Shown here: positions 9,962 to 20,784 of the stretch, piece by piece
How the letters are laid out: every line of letters starts with the position of its first letter
How positions within the stretch are numbered: position 1 is the stretch's first letter
Assembly (NCBI GenBank): GCA_963700335.1
Contig: CAVOXE010000004.1
Location: 124,633 to 188,632 of the forward strand
Length of the DNA: 64,000 bases
Reading direction: 5' to 3'
Source: Nitrospirota bacterium
GTDB taxonomy: Bacteria; Nitrospirota; Nitrospiria; Nitrospirales; Nitrospiraceae
Made by a program: the position numbers and the translations under genes
The notes under the pieces: model-generated
Databases searched by the model: none
Told to the model about the DNA's origin: nothing
Seen by the model: the letters and a program-made list of their open reading frames with translations, nothing else

Positions 9962-10491
9962 TTGCTCTTTTGGGCATGTGTACTGAGTGCCTCCTGCACG
10001 TCCATCGGGTATGTGATCCCCGAACCGCTCGCTTCGCAAGTTGACCCCACGCTTTCGTTCAATGACATTACACAGGCGCCGACATCACATGCGGGAAAGG
10101 TCATTGCTCTGGGGGGGGCGAGGTATTGCATGCGAAGCGAGTCCAGGAAGGCACTGTCCTGGAAATTCTTCAGCTACCGTTATCCCAGGGTAAACCGGTG
10201 GGAGAGCGTTCGGCATCCCTAGGGCGTTTCTTGGCGGTGCAGCAGTCCTTCCTCGATCCTGCGACTCTCATTGAGGGGACTCGCGTGACCCTTGTCGGGC
10301 AAGTGTCGGGAGTCAAAACACAACAGTTCGATGAAAGTGCCCATACCTATCCATTTCTAGAGATTAAGGATCTGAAAGTGTGGCCTCCTGAAACTGATCC
10401 ATACGGCCCTCGAACCGGTCCAAGATTTGGTGTGTCCATCGGCGGAGGAACCGGCGTGGGGGTTGGTGGCGGGGCCGGAGTCGGCTTCTGA
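9962..10491 (+). pseudogene. Slp-family outer-membrane lipoprotein, interrupted by a frameshift in a G8 tract
   Basis: ORF 9962..10222 gives the signal/lipobox (ACVLSASC) and ...HAGKVIALGG. ORF 10126..10491 continues the Slp pattern (EVLHAKRVQEGTVLEILQLPLSQGKPVGERSASLGRFLAVQQSFLDPATL). The frames join across the G8 run at 10111-10118. G9 or G6 would restore one ORF. Confidence 0.65.
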
Positions 10492-10595
10492 TTTTGAGTC
10501 TTTTTATCTGCTTGCAGACAGCTACACGATAGTTTGATTCCTGCCTTCTACTTATTTACTATTCTCTAGAGCGTAATGAATGAAAGGAGGAGTGT

Positions 10596-10859
10596 ATGAT
10601 ACTCGTGCGATGTCTTTGTGTAGCCGTCATCCTTACCGGTATGGTTAGCTGCCAGTATTATGAAGACTACCGGATCAAGAAGGGCACGGCAGATATTCGT
10701 GAGGAAACGGCTGACTTGTTAAGAGCGTACCGGTTGTGTTTGCAACGCTATGAGGCTGAGCCGCCCAAAGCCAAGGAATATTGTGGTCCTTATACGCAAT
10801 CGTTGCGCGAAATAGATATTAAGCGAGAAACATTACGTCGCGATGGGAGAGGGGAATAG
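10596..10859 (+). CDS. Small hypothetical lipoprotein
   Basis: 87-aa ORF with a lipobox-like N-terminus (AVILTGMVSC) and AAGGAGGAG RBS upstream. No family recognised. Confidence 0.5.
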   Translation: MILVRCLCVAVILTGMVSCQYYEDYRIKKGTADIREETADLLRAYRLCLQRYEAEPPKAKEYCGPYTQSLREIDIKRETLRRDGRGE

Positions 10860-11243
10860 TTATTGTAAAGGGCGGTCGGGAAACGTGTCTTCAATCTGGG
10901 GAAGGCGCATGGAGCTGTCATGAACAATAGGACCGTTGCGGGTCAGGCGCACGATCTCCAGTTCGCACCGCGACCACTCCCATGCGATGATCAGCTTTTC
11001 ATTGGAATAGTACAGTTGGCGAGTATGACCTGTTCGAACCTTAAGATAGAGAGGGAATCCATGGTTGAGTGCCTGTCGAACCGGCGTTCGCGAGCATTTC
11101 CAACCCATGCGGCGGCAAATAGATCGAAGCCCCCAGTATTCTGCCTGACGCTGAGGCATCGCATTCTGTTCATATGAGGGTCTAGTCATCACACGTATTC
11201 CCTTACTCTTCGCAAAGCAATCCTCGCGCCATGCACACGACAC
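10860..11243 (-). CDS. Hypothetical protein, possible HTH DNA-binding protein
   Basis: 127-aa ORF, or 109 aa from the internal ATG at 11189. The segment LRSICRRMGWKCSRTPVRQALNHGFPLYLK is vaguely excisionase/AlpA-like. Weak evidence. Confidence 0.3.
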   Translation of the reverse strand: MSCAWREDCFAKSKGIRVMTRPSYEQNAMPQRQAEYWGLRSICRRMGWKCSRTPVRQALNHGFPLYLKVRTGHTRQLYYSNEKLIIAWEWSRCELEIVRLTRNGPIVHDSSMRLPQIEDTFPDRPLQ

Positions 11244-11738
11244 TCCCTAACCGCTACGTTGCAAAGGATTTATACGTAGTATCGCAAGCGGAGCGTTGAG
11301 AATTTCCACGCCACTAGTAAATTCTTCGACACCTCCTTTCGTCCAGATTCACCGACGGGCGGTGGGCGTTGATTTACCGGTCATAAAAAATCGCAATAAT
11401 TGTCGTTGTTTATCTGTCCTCGCTGACTCGCACGCCGTGGGGGTCATGCGGAGGAACGACATGTCAAGAAGTGTAAAGGCCTTTGACACATGTCTGTGCG
11501 TACTTCCCCATGGTCAAAGAGGAAATGAGAGAGAATCGGAAGAAGAAGAACAACGGCGTTGAATTGATAGGCGTTCTTAATGTAGGGCCAACACTGAGCG
11601 ACAGAAAAAAGCGAGGACCACCGATAATCAGAAAGTGTTAAGTTTTCCGACGCCGACTTTGGGCGTAGAACTGCGATGAGGCAGAAAGAGCAGTCAGAAA
11701 GGGGCGAAAGAGTCGAGGTGAGTGGGCGGTGCGAAAGA

Positions 11739-11930
11739 CTAGACGGCCTTTTTCACAAGACCGGAACGAAGGCAGCGCGTACAGACGCGGATGCGCTTGG
11801 CAGCTCCATTGATCAACGCCCGAACCGTCTGGAGATTGGGACTAAAGATCCGCTTCGTTTTGTTGTTGGCATGACTCACATTATGTCCGGACTGATGCCG
11901 CTTTGCGCAAATCTCACATACATAGGCCAC
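11739..11930 (-). CDS. rpmB: 50S ribosomal protein L28
   Basis: [34 protein letters not shown]... is the L28 signature. The GTG at 11930 lies 9 nt downstream of GAGGA. The track ORF starts at 11939. Confidence 0.9.
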   Translation of the reverse strand: MAYVCEICAKRHQSGHNVSHANNKTKRIFSPNLQTVRALINGAAKRIRVCTRCLRSGLVKKAV

Positions 11931-12012
11931 GGTCTGCACTCCTCTTCAAGCGATTCATTGAGTTGAAAACGAGGGCCATGCTACCATAGGCTCGTCTTGT
12001 CTGACAAGCCTG

Positions 12013-14529
12013 ATGCACGAGCGCCCGTCACCACACTCTCTGTGTCCTCTCGTCTGGAGACGCTCCCACAACTCGTGCATCGACTCGCGGGTCCCATCGC
12101 ATTTGCCAGCCGCGATGCCTTTGCCCATCTTTCGACCATCAAAAGCCTCGGTCCCATTTGTATGCCGTCAAATCATTCAGGCGCTGACCGATCGCATCGA
12201 TCGACCTGAAATCGAAACCGATTTGCTGGCGCTACGCGACTTGTTTGTCGACTTCGATCGTGTGTCCGATTCGGCTGAACAACGGCGGCGCTTGAGCAGC
12301 GCACAGATTATTTTGGAACGCCTGAAGGCAAGCAGAGCCGTGGGCGAAACCGAGCATGAGCCGCACCGTTCATCCACACCGATCGAATCGGTGGCGCACA
12401 GACATCCTCCCGTATGGGGTCTGCCTGTCCAGTTTATTCGTGGTATCGGTCCGAAGCGAGCCGCTTTGCTCGAACGGTTGGGAATTATGACGGTCGAGGA
12501 TGCCCTGTGGTGCTTGCCGTGGCGATACGAGGATAGGTCCACGATCACGCCCATTGGTCAAGTGACCCTCGGTGCGCACGTGACTATTTGTGGAATCGTT
12601 CAGGACTGCCGGGCGACACGCACATTTCGCCGTGGGATGACTTTGGTGCAGGTTGGTATCACTGATTCTTCCGGAACGCTATCGGCCATCTTCTTCAATC
12701 AGCCGTATCTCGAACGAACCTTTTCCCCAGGCACGCGGATCATGATGAATGGGCGGATCACGGCGGGACGAGGCGGATGGACGGATCTTCAGATGGAAAG
12801 CCCACATTATGAAGTATTGGGAAAAGAGCACGATACCGTGTTGCATGTCGGGCGCATTGTGCCGCTCTATCACGAAACGAAGGGAGTCACCTCTCGCCAG
12901 CTTCGCAGTTTGATAAAGGAGCTGCTCGACGACTATGGCGCGGGAATCGAAGATCTGCTGCCCGCGCCGATGCGCCGTCGATACAATCTTCCTTCGATTC
13001 AGAAAGCGTTGGCAGAGGTCCATTTTCCTTCTAAAGGCACGGATGAACAGTCGCTCGAACGAGGGATTACCCCCGCACACCGACGATTGGCTTTCGAAGA
13101 ATGTCTACTGCTGCAATTAGCACTCGCTATGCGGCACCGGTCCGTGAAAAACGATCTCAAGGGCATTGCATTCCGCGTCGTCACCCCCTTGCTCGATCAG
13201 CTTCGGAAACGATTGTCGTATAAACTCACTGCGGCCCAGCAATGCGTCCTTTCCGAGATCAAGCAGGACATGGCGATTCCTCGACCGATGAATCGATTGG
13301 TGCAGGGAGATGTCGGATGCGGCAAAACGATCGTGGCGCTCCACGCCATGGTGATTGCCAGCGGGTCAGGTTATCAGGCGGCACTGATGGCCCCGACGGA
13401 AATTTTAGCTGAACAACATTACCTGACAATGCGGGCACTGATTCAGGACCTGGGCCTCACTGTCGTTCTGTTAAAAAGTGGTGGATCCGCGAAGGCAAAA
13501 AAGCTGGCAAGAGATCAGATCCGCCGGGGTGAGGCTCAGATCGTCATCGGTACGCAAGCCTTGATTCAACAGGGAATAGAATTTAAGAAGTTGGGCCTTG
13601 TCGTCGTCGACGAACAACACAAGTTCGGTGTGCTGCAACGCAAGTCGCTTGTCGAGAAAGGGATGGAGCCGGATGTGCTTGTGCTGACCGCGACCCCGAT
13701 TCCTAGAACCCTGGCCATGACCGTCTATGGTGACCTCGACGTGTCGGTGATCGACACATTGCCCCCCGGCAGGAAACCGATTAAGACCTGGCTGTTTAGC
13801 ATCGGTCAACGGAGGCGCGCCTACCAGGTTTTGCGGGAGGAATTAACGGCGGGCCATCAAGCGTACATCGTGTATCCCTTGGTGGAGGAGTCGGAGAAGG
13901 TGGATCTGCAGGCGGCCATCCAAGCTTCGGAGCGATTACAGACGACGGAGTTTTCGCAGTACCGCGTCGGCTTGCTGCATGGACGGATGAAGACCGACGA
14001 AAAAGAGCGTACGATGGCGGCATTCAAGGCCGGGGAGATTCAGATTCTTGTGGCGACGACCGTGATCGAGGTAGGGGTCGATGTTCAGAACGCCACGGTC
14101 ATGCTTATCGAGCATGCCGAGCGATTCGGGTTGGCGCAGCTGCATCAATTGCGCGGTCGCGTCGGGCGCGGAACGATACTGTCTTATTGTCTCTTAGTCA
14201 CCGCGGGACATCCGCGTGAAGGTTCGAAGCAATCGACGGCGCAGCAACGGCTCGAAGCGCTGGTCTCCTCGACCGATGGATTCCATCTTGCCGAGGAAGA
14301 TCTTCGGATTCGAGGTCCCGGTGAATTTTTCGGCGTCCGTCAATGGGGCTTGCCGGAATTTCGCGCCGCCGATCTTATTCGCGATCGCGTGCTGCTCGAG
14401 CAGGCTCGATCGGAAGCCTTTGCGTGGGTTCAACGCGATCCCTACCTAGCGGCGCCGTCGTCCCAGGCTATGCGAGAGGCGATGTTGCGGAGATGGAAAG
14501 AGCGTCTCAAGCTGGGCGCGATCTGTTAA
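12013..14529 (+). CDS. recG: ATP-dependent DNA helicase RecG
   Basis: Wedge-region motif LPWRYEDRS, Walker A GDVGCGKT, VVDEQHKFG, TATPIPRTL and QLHQLRGRVGRG. The N-terminal extension makes the start uncertain (alternative ATG at 12115). Confidence 0.92.
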   Translation: MHERPSPHSLCPLVWRRSHNSCIDSRVPSHLPAAMPLPIFRPSKASVPFVCRQIIQALTDRIDRPEIETDLLALRDLFVDFDRVSDSAEQRRRLSSAQIILERLKASRAVGETEHEPHRSSTPIESVAHRHPPVWGLPVQFIRGIGPKRAALLERLGIMTVEDALWCLPWRYEDRSTITPIGQVTLGAHVTICGIVQDCRATRTFRRGMTLVQVGITDSSGTLSAIFFNQPYLERTFSPGTRIMMNGRITAGRGGWTDLQMESPHYEVLGKEHDTVLHVGRIVPLYHETKGVTSRQLRSLIKELLDDYGAGIEDLLPAPMRRRYNLPSIQKALAEVHFPSKGTDEQSLERGITPAHRRLAFEECLLLQLALAMRHRSVKNDLKGIAFRVVTPLLDQLRKRLSYKLTAAQQCVLSEIKQDMAIPRPMNRLVQGDVGCGKTIVALHAMVIASGSGYQAALMAPTEILAEQHYLTMRALIQDLGLTVVLLKSGGSAKAKKLARDQIRRGEAQIVIGTQALIQQGIEFKKLGLVVVDEQHKFGVLQRKSLVEKGMEPDVLVLTATPIPRTLAMTVYGDLDVSVIDTLPPGRKPIKTWLFSIGQRRRAYQVLREELTAGHQAYIVYPLVEESEKVDLQAAIQASERLQTTEFSQYRVGLLHGRMKTDEKERTMAAFKAGEIQILVATTVIEVGVDVQNATVMLIEHAERFGLAQLHQLRGRVGRGTILSYCLLVTAGHPREGSKQSTAQQRLEALVSSTDGFHLAEEDLRIRGPGEFFGVRQWGLPEFRAADLIRDRVLLEQARSEAFAWVQRDPYLAAPSSQAMREAMLRRWKERLKLGAIC

Positions 14530-14564
14530 GGCGAAGAGTGTTATCCGTCATCTGAGTAGACTAC

Positions 14565-14903
14565 ATGGGATTCGTACAACGCCTCACACACGATCTGAAG
14601 GCCGGTCTGGCAAGACTACGCTATGGCACCGTCTATGCCGCGCATCGAGCGTTAGAAGAAACCGAACTGCTGCAGCTGCGCCTGGAATTGCGAAAGTTGG
14701 ACGCTCGAATCGACGATCTCTGCGGAGAAATCGGGGAGCGTGCGATCGATTTATACGAACGTGGGATGGCGACCGAACAGATTCTTCTGGATCCGGATAT
14801 CGTGCGGGGAATCGAACAGGTTGTGTCGCTGAGAGCAGACCGATTGAAGGTGACATCCGATATGGATGAGGTCCGTAGTGACGAGGGACATATCAGGCAG
14901 TAA
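14565..14903 (+). CDS. Hypothetical coiled-coil protein
   Basis: 112-aa ORF between recG and ppx in the same orientation. It has a heptad-like charged sequence. No family recognised. Confidence 0.5.
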   Translation: MGFVQRLTHDLKAGLARLRYGTVYAAHRALEETELLQLRLELRKLDARIDDLCGEIGERAIDLYERGMATEQILLDPDIVRGIEQVVSLRADRLKVTSDMDEVRSDEGHIRQ

Positions 14904-14957
14904 GCCTGATGCGCACGAATATTTAACGTCAACGCTGCAACGACCCAATCCACACTG

Positions 14958-15905
14958 ATGATTTTAGCTGCGGTCGATATCGGCACATTGACGTGCCGGC
15001 TGCTCATCGCCAAGATCTGCGCTGAAAATGAATTAACGGAAATGCGTTCCGAGCGGCGAATTTTGCGCCTGGGCGAAGGCGTCGATCAACATCGTCTGTT
15101 GCAGCCGGTCGCCATGCAACGCGTCATCGATGTCTTAAGGGAATGGCGGCGCACGATCGATTATTACGCCGTCGATCGGGAAACGGCGGTAGCAACCAGC
15201 GCGGTGCGCGATGCAGGCAATCGCAATGAATTTCTTGCTGCGGTGAAACGGGAGACAGGATTCGACGTCGAAGTGATTGCCGGCGAAGAAGAGGCTCGCC
15301 GAACCCTGCTCGGCATTCGTTCGGGATTGCCGAAAGGCATCTTGAATATCCTTGCGCTGGATATTGGAGGCGGCAGTACGGAATTCATTCTGGACCGTCC
15401 TTCCTGCGTCCCTGTCGTAAGATCTTTTGACATCGGCGTCGTCCGATTGACGGAGCGAGTGCTTCGTCACGATCCTCCCACACCCGAAGAGGTCGACGCC
15501 GAGCGAAGGCTCGTGAGAGCCCATGCGCTGGACTTTCAGGCCCACCTTCGAGATCTCAATTCCGTCACCTTCACGGGCACCGCGGGGACGATTACTACGC
15601 TGGCTGCCATGGCGCAGCGTCTCCCGACATATGATTCCACCCGGGTTCACAATTTCCCTCTCAGTTTGGCCATTATCAAAGAACTCGAACGAACGCTCCT
15701 GGCGAAGACGCGGGACGAGCGCCGTGGCGCGCCAGGACTGGAGGCGGGCCGCGAAGACGTGATTGTCGCGGGCGCGATCATTCTCAGTACCGTCATGGAG
15801 ACTTTGCGGTTGACCGCATGTCTGGTAAGCGATCGAGGCCTTCGTGAGGGGATGCTGTTCGATTTAGCCGCTCGGCTCCGTCAGCCGTCATGCCGGAACG
15901 GTTAA
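14958..15905 (+). CDS. Ppx/GppA-family phosphatase (exopolyphosphatase-like, N-terminal actin-fold domains only)
   Basis: AAVDIGTLTCRLLIA (phosphate-1), VATSAVRDAGN and LDIGGGSTEF motifs. 315 aa. Confidence 0.8.
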   Translation: MILAAVDIGTLTCRLLIAKICAENELTEMRSERRILRLGEGVDQHRLLQPVAMQRVIDVLREWRRTIDYYAVDRETAVATSAVRDAGNRNEFLAAVKRETGFDVEVIAGEEEARRTLLGIRSGLPKGILNILALDIGGGSTEFILDRPSCVPVVRSFDIGVVRLTERVLRHDPPTPEEVDAERRLVRAHALDFQAHLRDLNSVTFTGTAGTITTLAAMAQRLPTYDSTRVHNFPLSLAIIKELERTLLAKTRDERRGAPGLEAGREDVIVAGAIILSTVMETLRLTACLVSDRGLREGMLFDLAARLRQPSCRNG

Positions 15906-16074
15906 ACCCGCTGTAGTTTCAGGAACCGGAAGTGATTGCGTGGATTCCTCGGATCTTTCTTGACAACGTCTATGCCGCTTCATACACTTCGACCGTTCTT
16001 CCCTACGATTTCTACTCTACGAGGCGGACATGCCGCTTCGCTTCAGAAAGCCGTCCCAGTAACGCGGAGCGGAC

Positions 16075-19000
16075 GTGTATAACCTGGCCGAGTTTTCTCT
16101 TACGGACATGACGGCATGTTCCGCCGCCCTCCGAACGATCGGCGCCGGATCGCCTGATATGGACGAGACGGCCAAGCGGCTGGTTCGATACTTCTACGAG
16201 CACTTGATCAGCGGTCCGACCGACGGATCCGCATGCGCGCTGGTGCGATTCTTTACTACGCAGCCGTATGGGGATCTGCCTGCGGATTATCAAGATTGTG
16301 CTCGGAGCGTGCAAGGAGCGGAATCGGTTTCATCGGATGTCAAGTGCTTGACCCTACTCGCAACGGCGGGTGACCAATTGGAATGGAATCAGACGAGACA
16401 TTCCCAACGCTATAAATCTATTCCACTCATCAGCACGGAGTTCGTGGCCCAATTTCCCATGTTTTCGCAATTATTCACGCAACTGGGGATCCAGTTGCCG
16501 CTCCCGCAGGGCAACCATTCCGGCCTGCTGCTCGATGCGAAGGAACACACCTTCAATGTCTTTCATGTGCCGGAGGCCCTCGGCAGTCCTTTTGTGCCGG
16601 TTCAAAAGGAATTTGTGATTCCATACGGCATTCGATCGGTGATCGGTTTCGGCGGCGTGCTTCCATCCGGCAATCTCTTCGTCGTCATACTCTTCTCCAA
16701 AGTGCGGCTGTCTCATCAGACGGCTGAGCTATTCAAGACGTTAGCCTTAAGCGCCAAATTAGCCCTTCTGCCGGTCGATACAGAGCCGAAGGGCCGGAAG
16801 CTTGCCGGCAGCAGACCACCAAATGATCGTCAGCCCAATTATTCCGGCGCGCAGATTGCGGCCTTAGAGCAATTGTTAGCTGTCCACGAGCAAACCGTCA
16901 TTGCGCATGCGACGGAGCGTCGACATGCGGAGGAAGCGTTGGATGACAGTGAGGCCCGCCTTCGCGCGGTTGTCGGATCTACCAAAGACGTCGTGTTGTT
17001 TGTCGATCGCGATGGCATCATCAAGTCGTGGAACGAGGCGGCGGAGACGCTATTCGGCTATTCCTTTCATGAAGCGTATGGTAAGCCCGGCCGCATGATC
17101 ATCGAGACGGGTTTAGAAGAAGTGATCCAACAAGTCGCCGACGGAGCCTCAGTGAATTCCATCCTGCAAGCGACGGGCGCGACGTATCTCTCGAGCGGGA
17201 GAAAGAAGAACGGCCACACGTTTCCACTGGAATTGAGCCTGGCGTCATGGAAGACGAAGCACATGGGATTCTTCCTGGCGACTATCCGTGACATGACCGA
17301 ACGTCGACGCATCGAAGCGGCACTGGAGCAATCCGAGTCTCGTTTCAGAAATTTGATCGAACATGCCCCCGATCTTATTTTTACATTGTCGCCGACTGGT
17401 CTCATTACCTCGTTAAATCCTGTCTTCGAGACGATGACGAAATGGCCGCGGAGCGAATGGATTGGAAAACAGTTCGGAGCACTCGTCCATCGCGACGACA
17501 TGACGACGGCCCACGACGTGTTGAATTATATCGTCGACACACAGTTCCCGCTGACCTGCGTGCTACGCCTCAGTGCCTCCGATGAACGAGTCTTGATCGG
17601 AGAATTTATCGGTACGCCGCTCATGGAAGACGGGCGTGTGATCGGGGTGCTCGGGTTTGCTCGTGACATCACGGAACGAAAAGCGGTCGAGCACGCGCTG
17701 AAAGACAGCGAAGAGCGGCTGCAGGTCCATTGTGCAATCGACCAAGGACGCGATTATCTCGCTCGACCGCATGGACACGTGGTGTTTTGGAATCAAGGCG
17801 CCGAACAGATTTTCGGTTATGCGGCAGAGGATATGCTCAATCAACCGGTCACGCGTGTCATCCCGGAACGCTTTCGAGGCCACCAACAAGCATATACGAG
17901 CAGCCGCGGCCGGCCACGTTACAGGTCAGGAACGAGGGCGTCGAACTGGTCGGGCTACGATTAGGATGGAACGGAATTTCCTTTGGAGTTCAGCTTGGCG
18001 TCCTGGAAGCCTCGTCGGGCCAATTTTTCACAGGGATTATTCGTGATATCACCGAACGCAAATGGTCGGAAGATGCGATTCATGCCTTGTTCGCGGGACG
18101 GCCTCCGTGATCGGAGAGGAATTTTTCCCTGTCCTTGTTCGTCAACTGGCGTGCCGCCTTCGAAGTCTCCGTATGCCTTCGTGACGTCACTCGTTCCTGG
18201 AAGCAACGACAAAGCTTCGCATTCTGGCGAGCTGGGAAAAGAGAGCATGGGGCGTTCCATTCGAATATGATCGCGACCATTACTCCGTGTGGAGCGGTAT
18301 TACGTGACCGAAGGCCTTGTACGCCAAGGCGGTGCAAAACTCGTTCCCGAAGATTCGCGTTGACGCAATGTGACATGACGAGTTTCTTGGGCGTCGCCAT
18401 GCTCAACAGCACCGGCGAGGTGATCGGCCATGTTGGCGTTATGGATGACCCTCCCTTAAAGAATGACCAGCAAGCGCGAAGGCTCTCTGAATGTGTTTGC
18501 GGCGCGCGCGGCCGCCGAACTTGAACGACTTCATGCAACTGTCGCGCTCCGGCTAAGCGAAGCAAGACAGGCCTTAATCCTGAACTCACTGCCGATTGCA
18601 TTGTATACCGCTCAGGCCTCGTCGGACTTTCGCGCCACCTGGGTGAGCGATAATGTCGACCGGTTGACCGGCTTCCCGTCGTGCGCCTTTGTAGACACCC
18701 CGGATTTCTGGCTGTCTCGCGTGCACCCTGAAGATCGGAGAGGAGTCCTGGCTGACTTAGGCCGAGGACGTGCTACGCGAATGGTCTCCACCGAGTATCG
18801 CTGGCAGATCGCAGATGGCTCCTACCGGTGGTATTTGGATAATGCTGTCTATACGTATGATGCCGAGGGGAATCCGAAAGAACTCATCGGGGCTTGGACT
18901 GACATCACGCGTGTGAAGCATGCAGAAGAAGGCCTTCGCGAAACCGAAGAGCGGTTCAAAATCTTCATGGACCGCAATCCGGCCGTGATCTTCATGAAAG

Positions 19001-20784
19001 ACGAGCAAGGTCGACACGTGTATGCGAACCTCGAATTTGAGCGCATCCTAGGAATGCAGGCAGGGGATTGGCTCGGCAAGACGGATGATGTTCTCTGGCC
19101 GCCTCAGATCTCCGCCCAATTTCGTCAACACGATCGTGATGTGTTGGAGACTGGTGCCGTGTTGGATATCATCGAAACATCGGTCGATCTTTCGGGAGAG
19201 GAGCAATATTGGCGAGTGGTGAAATTTCCGTTAAAAGACCGTTCTGGAACACGCCACCTCTGTGGCATCGCGATGAACGTGACGTCACGAAAGCGTGCGG
19301 AAGAGGCCGTCAGACAGGCCGATGAGCGGTTCCGCAGTATTTTTGAGAACGCCGTCGAAGGGATCTTTCAAACGACGCCGGAGGGACGCTATTTGACCGT
19401 GAATCCCGCGCTGGCCCGACTCTATGGGTATGCGTCGCAGCAGGACCTCTTGGACACGATCACGGACATAGGTCGTCAGGTCTATGTCGATCCTCTCCGG
19501 AGGAAGTTTTTTAAGGAGTTGATGGAACAGCAATCGGCGGTCACGGGCTTCGAGTCGCAGGTCGTTCGTAAGGACGGCAAGGTTATTTGGATCTCAGAAA
19601 GTGTCCGTGCCATCCGAGATCGAAGAGGGCAATTGGTCGCCTACGAAGGCAGTGTCGAGGACATCACGGCGCGCAAGGAAGCTGAATATGCGTTACGCGA
19701 GAGCGAGGAACGCCTCAGGCTATCGTTGTCCGCGACCCACCTCGGCATCTGGGATTGGAACATTCTCACGGGCGATATCATCTGGTCGGATACGGTGCCC
19801 CCGATTTTTGGATTGGCGCGGGGCGCCTTCGCGGGCACGTATCAGGCCTATATCGAACTTATCTATCCGGACGACCGCGAGATCGTCCATAATGCGATCA
19901 CACGTTCGGTCGAAGAGGGTGTGGAGTATGCGTTGGAGCATCGCGTTCAATGGCCAGATGGCACAATCCGCTGGGTCGCCTGCAAGGGCGATGTACTGCG
20001 GAACGAGGAGGGAGCGGTCCAGCGCATGTTGGGGACGGTGCAAGATGTTACCGAGCGGAAGCGGGGCGAGGCGGAGTTGCAATCCGTCTTGACTCGGCTG
20101 CGCACGCTCTCGGGTAGGTTGGAGGTCATTCGTGAAGAAGAGCGAGGACGGATCGCGCGCGAGCTTCATGACGAATTCGGTGTCGGTCTCACCTGCATCA
20201 AAATTGATCTGTCGCGGTTAACGACACTGATTGGCGGCACGGTTGGATTAGAAAAAGCCCGTCTCATCGATGAGAAGATTCACTCGATGACGGAGTTCAT
20301 CGATACGACGATCGGGGGTGTGCAACGGATCGTCAGTGAATTGCGTCCCGCCATTTTAGATGATTTGGGACTGGTAGCGGCCATTGAATGGCAAGCACAA
20401 GATTTTCAACGGCGGACGGGCATTATCTGCTCCTCCGACATAGAAGACGAGCATCTTCACGTCGATTCGGATCGTGCCACCGTGATCTTTCGTATTTGCC
20501 AAGAGGCGTTGACCAATGTCGCTCGTCACGCCAGTGCAAGAACGGTATTGATTCGATTAGCTAAGCGGAAGCCGTTCGTGACGCTCGTGGTCGAGGATAA
20601 TGGAGTAGGGATTGCGCCGGAGAAGATCGCCGATCCACAGTCGCTTGGGCTATTGGGAATGCGTGAACGCGCGGAGCAATTTGGGGGGACGGTAACGATT
20701 GTCGGCCGTCCGCGCCAGGGAACCGTCGTAACGCTTCAATTGCCATATTCGCCCGAAGCGTCTTCCGTGGGGGGACTATGTTGA
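16075..20784 (+). pseudogene. Giant multi-PAS/GAF sensor histidine kinase (HisKA_3 + HATPase_c), reading frame broken many times between ~17.72 and ~18.48 kb
   Basis: ORF 16075..17964 has an unassigned ~230-aa N-domain plus PAS repeats. ORF 18463..20784 has PAS/PAC repeats, the HisKA_3 box ARELHDEFGVGLT, and VVEDNGVGI. Between them, PAS and GAF-like sequence can be followed only by hopping frames. Examples: SIVQSTKDAIISLDR in +1; VELVGLR..., EFSLASWK and SSGQFFTGIIRDITERK in three frames; SFLGVAMLNSTGEVIGHVGVMDDPPL, then LNVFAARAAAELERL. Confidence 0.7.

Noticed and set aside
9457-11243. Genomic islet integrated at tRNA-Gly(CCC) (small Zn-ribbon, broken Slp, lipoprotein, HTH-like ORF)
   Set aside because: No integrase, no direct repeat of the tRNA 3' end, and no clear compositional break could be seen.
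11296-11562. 88-aa ORF in the 500-bp gap between 10860..11243 and rpmB
   Set aside because: No RBS, odd composition and no family resemblance. The gap is more likely non-coding. I could not define an sRNA or terminator there either.
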